From Octopus vulgaris (Eukaryota): a stretch of 64,000 bases of DNA. A program made the translations under genes and the position numbers. Below the pieces are notes generated by a model. It was not told the origin of the DNA and did not search any database. It saw nothing but the letters and a program-made list of their open reading frames with translations. Shown here in pieces: positions 53,805 through 64,000 of this stretch. Within the stretch, counting starts at the first letter, position 1. Each line of letters opens with the position of its first letter. The stretch covers positions 23,498,001 through 23,562,000 of the forward strand of contig OX597839.1 in the NCBI GenBank assembly GCA_951406725.2. Direction: 5' to 3'.

Positions 53805-53869
53805 ACTGATTGATTGATTGATTGATAGATGGATAGATAGATAGATAGGTAGATAGATAGGTAGATAGG

Positions 53870-53936
<67 letters not shown>

Positions 53937-53956
53937 GTAGGTAGACAGATAGATAA

Positions 53957-54001
<45 letters not shown>

Positions 54002-54088
54002 AAGATAGATAGATAGATAGATAGGTAGAGAGATAGATAGATAGATAAATAGATAGATAGGTAAATAGATAGGTAGATAGATAGATAA

Positions 54089-54151
<63 letters not shown>

Positions 54152-54180
54152 GGTAGATAGGTAGATAGATAGATAGATAT

Positions 54181-54253
<73 letters not shown>

Positions 54254-54275
54254 CATACAAACAGACAGACAGATA
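53805..54275. repeat. (GATA)n microsatellite
   Basis: Direct inspection; similar tracts at 40410-40530, 58120-58620 and 63420-63795. Confidence 0.95.
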
Positions 54276-54383
54276 GTTCATAGGTGAGATCCAGATTGTC
54301 TCCATACAGAATACACTTAGTAGTTCTCGAAAGATTTAAACTTGAGTGAGTATAGAAGTAAATGTAAGGACAAACAAGCAAGG

Positions 54384-54659
54384 CAGATCAATATCTGAAG
54401 TGTATTAAATACATGAAATACAAAAAAATGTATAAATGTTTATACATAAAAAGGTCCAACTTAAACGGAATCGAAACGATAGAGAGAATTAAAGGGGTGA
54501 AGGAACAGAACTACAAACCTGATTACAAATGGGTTTGTAATGCTTTTCCTTTGCCCCTTTAATTCTCTGTATCATTTGGATTCCATGTAAGTTGGACCTT
54601 TTTATATATAAACATTTATACATTTTTTGTATATTTGATATACTTTAGATATTGATCTG
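54384..54659. repeat. Diverged long inverted repeat
   Basis: cagatcaatatct..aaaaaatgtataaatgtttata..aaaaaggtccaactta..agagaattaaagggg mirrored on the right arm. Confidence 0.85.
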
Positions 54660-55754
54660 TATAATTTGCTTATCCCCAATTTGCTTATATATGTACATGT
54701 TTAAAAGAGGCTGTGTTAACCTATTTCTTTACTACCCACAAGGGGCTAAACACAGAGGAGACAAACAAGGACAGACAAACGGATTAAGTTGATTACATCG
54801 ACCCCAGTGCGTAACTGGTACTTATTTAATTGACCCCAAAAGGATGAAAGGCAAAGTCGACCTCATAGGAATTTGAACTCAGAATGTAACGACAGACAAA
54901 ATACCTATTTCTTTACTACCCACAAGGGGCTAAACACAGAGGAGACAAACAAGGACAGACAAACGCATTAAGTCGATTATATTTGCCAGGTGAGTGGACT
55001 GGAGCAATGTGAAAATAAAGTGTCTTGCTCAAGGACACAGTGCACCACTGGGAATTGAACTGATGACCTCACAATTATGAACTGTATGCACTAACCCCTA
55101 ACCATGCACCTTCCCAAAATAACTGGAACTCCATTGGTTGCAACAACAAGGGTTCCAGTTGATCCGGTCACCTGAGCAGCTGTTCAAGAAATTAACGTGC
55201 AAGTGGCTGAGTACTCCACAGACACGTGTACCCTTAAGGTAGTTCTCAGGGAGATTCAGCTTGACACAAAGTGTGACAAGGCTGGCCCTTTTTGAATTAC
55301 AGGTACAAATCATCCTTTGCCAGATGAGTGAACTGGAATAATAGAGTGAAATAAAGTGTCTTTTCTCAAGGACCCAATGCGCCTCCAGGGATTGAACTCA
55401 CAACCTTACAACTGCGAGCCAAGTTTTATTATTCACTAAACCATTCATCTTCACAGGCAAAACAACAAACTTAACAAAACGTTTTGTATGGGAGACAATC
55501 TGGATCTATAATCAGGTCAGCAAATATGTTGCTTTATGTTTCTGCGGAGGTGGTACACCATAGATTTCAAATACATTCAACAAAGCTTTGTTTTGCATTT
55601 TGTGTGTTTATATGTGGGGGGATGAGGGGGTGATGTCATAAAACTCCAGATTGATCAAAAGTAGACCCCCCCCGCCTCCCACCTCCCTTGCTGCCATCGA
55701 TATTACTATTGTTATTAATTATTATAATTATATTTTTATGACAAACAAATAGCA

Positions 55755-56271
55755 ATGATGCTGGTGACGGCAATAACAATGGTGATGATGATGATGAGGA
55801 CGACGACGACGACGACGACGATGATGATGGTGATGATGATGGTGATGATGATGATGATGGTGGTGCTTATGATGATGATGGTGAGGCTGATCACGTTGAA
55901 GGTGATGATGATGACGACAACAACGATGATGACAATGTGAAAAGAACAATGGTAGTAATGATGATGATGAGAAGGAGGTGGAGGCTTAGGATGATGATGA
56001 TGATGATGATGATAACGAGGAGGAGGAGGAGAGGGAGGAGAAGGAGGAGAGGGCTTAGGATGATGAGGATGATGAGGATGACAACGAGGTAAAAAAATGA
56101 TAATAGTGATGATGATGATGATGATGATAATGATGATGATGATGATGATGATGATGATAATGATGATGATGATGATGATGATGATGCAATGATGATGATG
56201 ATGGTGATGATGATGATGATGATGATGATGATGGTGCAATGATGATAACAATGCCCACAACGATGATAGCA

Positions 56272-56303
<32 letters not shown>

Positions 56304-56355
56304 TGACGACGACGATGACGATGTTGATGATGACAATGATGATGATGATGACGAT
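55755..56355. repeat. (GAT)n-rich trinucleotide field
   Basis: Direct inspection. Confidence 0.9.
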
Positions 56356-57066
56356 GCTGCTGCTATAAGAAGTAATAACAAAACGTCAATGGAAGAATAT
56401 CATAGACGGTAGCATTAAGTTTAGTAACTATGAATAATAAACACTGGTATTTGGTGGCACTAGTTGTGTTTTAGTGTCCCTCTCTTTATAGCTTGTTCTG
56501 TACAATCACCGAAGATGCCATAGGGAGGAGAGCGGTGAGGGCCGGGGCGCAAAGGAAATGGCTTTTGATTACATATCGGAGAGCAGGAAGGAGAGAGAAA
56601 CTGTGTGTGTGTGTGTGTGCAATCTAGGAGACATGTGGATGTGTGTGTGTGAGTTTGTGTGTACGTGTGTACACACACACACATGCATATATATATACAC
56701 ACACACACATGTATGAATATACACGCACACACACATATATACATACACACACACACACATGTATAAATATACAAGCACACACATATATATACATACACAC
56801 ATATACACATACACACACACTCACACACATATATGAATATACACGTGCACACATATATATATACATACACACATATATACATACATACACACACACATAT
56901 ATATATAGATTGATGGATAGATAGATTGATTGATTGAATGATTGATTGATATATATCTATGTAGATTTATGTGTAAATAAATGTATATATGTGTGTGTGT
57001 ACATGCGTGTGCATATGTGCAAGTGTATGTATACAAATACATATGTGTGTATATATATCATGCATA

Positions 57067-57117
<51 letters not shown>

Positions 57118-57719
57118 TGTATACATGAACATAGGTGTACACATATTTTATACACAGATTTATATATATATGTATGTATGTATATGTATATATATATACA
57201 CATGTATTTATATAAATACACACACACACACATACACACACACACCTTGTCGAAGTAAAGAAAAAGAGAATGAAGGAGAAAATTCCACTTTGATGTTGTG
57301 TCTCTCTCTCGACATTTACCGTTAAGTTCGATAACTGAAGACATGGATAATTGCAGTGCCGATCGCCTTTTGTTATTGTTGTCATTGTTGTTAAGGTTGT
57401 TGTAAAGGTGGTGGACGGCTGTCGTGGTTCATGTTGTAGTACTAGCTGTTGTTGTAGTTGCTGTTGTTGTTGTTGTCGGTGCCTGTGGATGTTAATGGAT
57501 CTTAACTGCCCTCTTTGTTTCGCGACTTGCAAAAGAAAGGCACCCATTAACAGGAATAAAATCAAACTCCATACAATTGAGATTCACATCAACCATCGGT
57601 TGGACGAAAATACTATTGGCTTCTTTCTACTCCTCTTCCTCTTCCTCCTCCTCTTCTTCTCCTTCCTCTTCAATTTCTTCTTCCTCCTCTTCCGTTTTTT
57701 TGTTTCTTCTCCTTCATGC

Positions 57720-57955
57720 ACACACATACATCCACACATAATCATATAGACACATACACACATGCACACACACACACACACATACATCCACACGTAATCA
57801 TATAGACACATACACACATGCACACACACACACACATACATCCACACATAATCATATAGACACATACACACATGCACACACACACACACATACATCCACA
57901 CATAATCATATAGACACATACACACATGCACACACACACACACACACACACACCT
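57720..57955. repeat. ~55-bp higher-order tandem repeat of a CA-rich unit (~4 copies)
   Basis: catacatccacacataatcatatagacacatacacacatgcacac.. repeated. Confidence 0.85.
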
Positions 57956-58224
57956 ACATGCACAAAGAGAAATTTTGTCACCTTTAATGTATAATATTAA
58001 ATCCCGTAACTGTTGCATGTCAGATTAAATAAAACAACATTTCGGACTATTTTACCTCAATCGTGTTTATATCTATTTCACCTAAATCTTACAACTGACC
58101 ATTCTTCTCTTTTTTCACTCATCTATCTATCTATCTATCTATCTATCAATCGATCGATCTATCTATCTATCTATCGATATATCTGTCTATCTGTCTATCT
58201 ATCTATCTATCTATCTATCTATCG

Positions 58225-58261
<37 letters not shown>

Positions 58262-58273
58262 GCTGTCTCTCTG

Positions 58274-58305
<32 letters not shown>

Positions 58306-58322
58306 CCTACCTACCTACCTAC

Positions 58323-58371
<49 letters not shown>

Positions 58372-58591
58372 GATCGATCTATTTATATATCTATCTATCT
58401 ATCTATCTATCCATTGATCTATCTATCGATCTATCTGTCTGTCTATATCCTCTATCTATCTATCTATGTACCTATCTATCGATCTACCTCTTTGTCTATC
58501 AATCCATTTATCTATTTATCTATCTGTCTATCAATCAATCAGTCTGTCTATCAGTCTATCCATCCATCCATCCACCCACCCACCTACCTAG

Positions 58592-58623
<32 letters not shown>

Positions 58624-59240
58624 TCATCTATTTTATTACTTCTCTCCTTCTCTCTCTATTTCACTCTTTTTCCCTAATTCTCTCCTCAAGTCTCCCTCTC
58701 CTTCTCTCTCCCTCCCTCTCTCTCTCACACACACACAATCTCACTTTCTTTCTCTCAGTTCTTTTTCTCTCCCAGTTTCTTAATCTCTCTCTTTTTCTCT
58801 CTCCTCATCTCTCTTTCCCTCTGACTCCATCTCTCTATGTCGCACTTCTTTACAATTTACTCCCCTCTCTCCTTCTTTCCATCTGTCACTCTCTTTCTCT
58901 CACGCACCACAACCCACTTACCTGTCTGCCTACCTACCCCCTCTCTGTGTCCCTCTCTCTCTCTCTTTCCCTTTTTCTCCTCTATCTCTCCCTATCTTTT
59001 TCCTCTATACTCTCTCTTTCTCTCCCTCTCCCTATCCTACACTCTAAACATCCATTCTCCGATATTCTATCCCTTGTCAACTTCTGGAACACATTTCCCC
59101 CCCCCACACACACACAACAACCCCTATACCCTTCAACATTAAACACCCACTTAGACTACTATAATTTCTGCTTCAATCACAAAACTTCACAAACATAACA
59201 TCTCTTAAATATTCTCCTCTCTCTCTCTCTCTCTCTCTCT

Positions 59241-59297
<57 letters not shown>

Positions 59298-59450
59298 TAT
59301 AGTGAGAATTTACAACAAACAAAAGAGGAAGACAAGTGTGTAAGCAACAAACAGATGTATTAGTTTAATGCTCGGGAAATGAGAAGGTCTTTTACGTTTC
59401 GAGCCTACGCTCTTTGACAGAAAGGAACACAGAAATAAACAGGGAGAGAT
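59298..59450 (-). mobile_element. Family H element, motif at 59388-59425
   Basis: Minus strand cctttctgtcaaagagcgtaggctcgaaacgtaaaaga. Confidence 0.6.
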
Positions 59451-59472
59451 TATCATCATCATTCATATATAT

Positions 59473-59504
<32 letters not shown>

Positions 59505-59516
59505 CACACACACACA

Positions 59517-59909
59517 GGCGTAGGAGTAGCTGTGTAGTAAGTAGCTTGCTTATGAACCACATGGTTCCTGGTTCAGTCCCACTGCGTGGCACCTTGGGCA
59601 AGTGTCTTCTCCTATAGCCTTGGGCCAACCAAAACCTTGTGAGTGGATTTGGTAGATAGAAACTGAAAGAAGCCCGTCGTATATACGTATGTATGTGTGT
59701 ATGTTTGTGTGTCTGTGTTTGTCCCCTCAACATAATTTGACAACCGATACTGGTGTGTTTACGTCCCCATACCTTAACAGTTCAGCAAAAGAGACTGATA
59801 GAATAAGTACTAGGCTTACGAAGAATAAGTCCTGGGGTCGATTTGCTCAACTAAAGGCGGTGCTCCAGCATTGCCACAGTCAAATGACTGAAACAAGTAA
59901 AAGAGTAAA

Positions 59910-59910
<1 letters not shown>
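59517..59910 (+). mobile_element. SINE family A
   Basis: Homology to family A. Confidence 0.9.
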
Positions 59911-59967
<57 letters not shown>

Positions 59968-59969
59968 GT

Positions 59970-60046
<77 letters not shown>

Positions 60047-60123
60047 CAGAAAGATCGATAGATAAACTTACTTGGAAATGGATGCGTGGCATTCAATCAA
60101 ATAATAATATAAATAATATATAC

Positions 60124-60201
<78 letters not shown>

Positions 60202-60203
<2 letters not shown>

Positions 60204-60843
60204 TTTTAAAATAGGATAAAATTTTCATAAGAATTTATCAAGCAGTTAGCATGAAAAACCTCATAAGAGAAAAAAACCCATCAATTTTTACTTTTAAATT
60301 AATTTATCTATATTATATAGAGGGCACTATTACACATAGATGCTTCACGTTAGGAGGGACTCTTAAAGTCAAAACTACTAAAATAAATAAACACATTGTA
60401 CCGAAACAATTCTCAAAGCAGGTCATTTAAAAACAGAATTTAGCTGCATATCACACTGTGATTTCGTAATCGGTGCAGTATTATGCACTTTTTACTCTTC
60501 AGTGCAAGCATAATTCAAGATATATAATGAATAAACAAAAACAACATACCAAGCGAACAGCTATCGTATCCAACGTAGCATGTAGGAATGTTTACCTCTT
60601 ACGCATCTATATAAATGGTGGGCTTTTTCGAATTGCATTTCAGTAACAACGTGCTTATTCGGAATAAAAATTTATTATTGAATATACTCCGGTTAAATTT
60701 ACAATTTAAAAATAGGATAAAATCTTCATAAAAATTTATCAAGTAGTTAGCATGAAAAACCTCATAAGAGAAAAAAAAAAACATCAATTATTTTCTTTTA
60801 AATTTATTTATTTATATTATATAGAGGGCACTATTAAACATAG
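60202..60843 (-). mobile_element. ~500-bp HHR-containing unit with ~140-bp terminal direct repeats (retrozyme- or pLTR-like)
   Basis: 60202-60339 repeated at 60703-60843; HHR between them; abuts (TA)n. Confidence 0.65.
60436..60516 (-). ncRNA. Apparently intact type I hammerhead ribozyme
   Basis: Minus strand: GAATTATGCT TGCA-CTGAAGA-GTAA aaa GTGCA taatac TGCAC cga TTAC-GAAA-TCAC agt GTGA-TA-TGCA GCTAAATTC; canonical core, G10.1-C11.1, all three stems pair; predicted cleavage after AUA (60449/60448). Confidence 0.85.
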
Positions 60844-61284
60844 TGTAATAGTAACCTTATGGAACACATTTGATCCTTGGTTCACTAGATGGAGCTGACC
60901 TAGGGTTAAACAACAACAGCAACAACCAGTACCCTTTACTCTAATGATTCATGCTTTTCTAGCCTTGTAGGATTCCTCACAAACTCCATTTCTCCCCAGG
61001 TGTATCACCTACCTCTTACCCTTTTTCTTTTCATTCACATTGTACCGTTTTCCTAAACACCAATAAACCAGTCGATGTTTTTAAAAGAATCGTCAGAAAT
61101 ATTGGTGGAAGAATTTCCAGCATCACCTCAGGGAGAAGGAGACATTCGACAGAACTGTAAGTTACAGCAGCAAAACTACGGAGAATATTGGATTTCATGA
61201 ATGGAATGAGTTTCCATACCCACGCCTGAACAAATGATAAATAAGAATGATGTTCATGATGATGGTGGTAACAACAGCAAGAAG

Positions 61285-61590
<306 letters not shown>

Positions 61591-61876
61591 AATTCACTGT
61601 AATATAATCCGGTTTAATCCCTCTTTCAGTCTTAATATGAAATCTAGAATTACCAAGAAATTCTCAAACCAGATCCAGAAATATTTCCCTACAAATCATA
61701 AATATTCTGGCTTATTAATTCAGCAAAACTTAAAAGTTAGCCATAATTGCATAACTAATGTGGTGGACACCATCACTGGCAAAAAATGATAGGAACCACC
61801 CAAGAAAAGTCACTCACCGATTCTGTAAACAGCCATCAGAATGCAAATATACAGAACTGCAACTGCCAAAACAGTA

Positions 61877-62077
61877 TACTCTTTTACTCTTTTACTTGTT
61901 TCAGTCATTTGACTGTGGCCATGCTGGAGCACCGCCTTTTGTCGAGCAACTCGACCCCGGAACTTATTCTTTTTTTGTAAGCCCAGTACTTATTCTATCG
62001 GTCTCTTTTGCCGAACCGCTAAGTAACGGGGACATAAACACACCAGCATCGGTTGTCAAGCAATGCTAGGGGGACAA

Positions 62078-62122
<45 letters not shown>

Positions 62123-62293
62123 CATATATACGACAGGCTTCTTTCAGTTTCCGTCTACCAAATCCACTCACAAAGCATTGGTCGGCCCGGGGCTATAGCA
62201 GAAGACACTTGCCCAAGAATCCACGCAGTGGGACTGAACCCGGAACCGTGTGGTTGGTTAGCAAGCTACTTACCACACAGCCACTCCTGCACC
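61877..62293 (-). mobile_element. SINE family A
   Basis: Homology to family A. Confidence 0.9.
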
Positions 62294-62614
62294 TAGTATG
62301 CCCTGGATAATTTAAGCAAAGCTAAGTCCCTAATCTACCAAGCTACAATGTTTGGCTCAGATGACACAATCTGCTAAATCATACATCATAATGTGAGAAA
62401 TCTGTTTCAAGCACTGGTATTTAAATGAAGAGGCTAACTTTTGGCTTATAGAAAACACCACAGCATTGTCAAAATTTGAATGGAATTTGAAGGATAACAA
62501 TGTTTGTACATTTAATACCACCTGATCAATACAAAACTTCAGCAACAGACAGGGCCAGCTCTAGGGCTGCTGGCGCCTCACACAAGCTGAACTTTGGCAT
62601 GGACATGCTGACAG

Positions 62615-63004
62615 TTACTCTTTTACTTGTTTCAGTCATTTGACTGCAGCCATGCTGGAGCACCGCCTTTAATCGAGCAACTCGACCCCGGGACTTATTC
62701 TTTTGTAAGCCCAGTACTTATTCTATCGGTCTCTTTTGCCGAACTGCTAAGTAACGGGAACATAAACACACCAGCATTGGTTGTCAAGCAATGCTAGGGG
62801 GACAAACACAGACACACAAACATATATATATACATATATACGACGGGCTTCTTTCAGTTTCCGTCTACCAAATCCACTCACAAGGCTTTGGTCAGCCCGA
62901 GGCTATAGTAGAAGACACTTGCCCAAGGTGCCACGCAGTGGGACTGAACCCGGAACCATGTGGTTGGTAAACAAGCTACTTACCACACAGCCACTCCTGC
63001 GCCT
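62615..63004 (-). mobile_element. SINE family A
   Basis: Homology to family A; another head starts at 63964. Confidence 0.9.
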
Positions 63005-63698
63005 ATTTGTGGAAGTTGTGGAAGTTTCCTTGTCTTTGTCACACCCTCCTTGGCACCCAAGGTGACTGCCCAAGTTGCTGGTACCTTGAGCCAGCCCTGG
63101 CAACAGATATACTTATTTAAACAGATTATCAAAAGATAATTGTGATCTGTTGTCATGAAAATAATTCAGGCATGTGTCTTATGAACTTTTAAAATGAGGA
63201 AGAATTTAGAGTTAAACATGGAAAGGACTATTTGAGGGAAGGGGCTTTCTAAATATAATGAAATTTTAATTAGCTACAAAGTTCATCAGAATCTAGGCAT
63301 ATCAACAAATGAGATGCCAGGACTGGCTGGGGAGTACCATGACATTGGGTACCATAACACTGAGTCCACAGTAAGGGAAAACAGTCATTAGGTGTCATGC
63401 GTGGGTAGTGTGAAGCAGGTAGATAGAAGGATGGATGGAGGGAGGGAGGGAGGGAGGGAGGGATGAATAGATTTAGATAGATGGATGGATGGATGGATGG
63501 ATGGAGGGCTAGATGGAGGGATGGATGGATGGAGGGAGGGAGGGATAGATAGATGGAGGGATGGATGGAGGGAGGGAGGGAGGGAGGGAGGGAGGGAGGG
63601 ATGGAGGAGATGGATGGATGGATGGATGGATGGATGGATGGAGGGATGGGAGGGAGGGGGGATGTATGGATTGATGGATAGATAGATAGGTGGGTAGG

Positions 63699-63773
<75 letters not shown>

Positions 63774-64000
63774 GTGGGTAGATAGATAGATAGATATCAA
63801 ATCCAATAAAAGCCATAAATTTGACTCAGGGTTGATTCCAGGAGCAGCATAAGTATAAAAAAAGAACACAGGTGAGTTTTACAATTTGCTTCAGCTATTT
63901 CAGTAGCATTTCATAGATTACATCATAGCATAAATTCCCCAGCCTCAGGTAAAATTCTAAACAGGCGCAGGAGTGGCTGTGTGGTAAGTAGCTTGTTAAA

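Overview
AT-rich, microsatellite-saturated eukaryotic DNA with no intact long ORF. The repeat content (tRNA-headed CORE-like SINE, Meta-domain-like SINE, RTE 3' ends with (GAT)n tails, huge TA/CA/GATA tracts) suggests an octopus/coleoid cephalopod; this is an inference. Nearly all ORF-track entries are microsatellite or SINE translations. Supported features: one tRNA-Pro(CGG) gene; a decayed near-full-length CR1-type LINE (10.5-14.9 kb, minus); CR1 and RTE 3' fragments; mariner/Tc1 fossils, one full-length with TIRs; a piggyBac-type MITE; a fragmented Penelope-like element (RT plus GIY-YIG, 45.3-47.3 kb); and a few candidate host exons. The main hidden signal is a dense set of type I hammerhead ribozyme (HHR) motifs, found and folded by eye: about 12 loci in several unrelated sequence contexts. 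Most lie inside TA/CA microsatellites and/or long inverted repeats. They include an apparently intact HHR in a ~500-bp unit with ~140-bp terminal direct repeats (retrozyme-like, 60.2-60.8 kb), an HHR capping a ~45-bp rod (21.1 kb), and a 4-copy ~200-bp family with a non-canonical core. The CR1-type LINE 3' tail also matches the tail of the dominant SINE, pointing to a LINE-SINE partnership. No ribozyme activity or database match has been tested.
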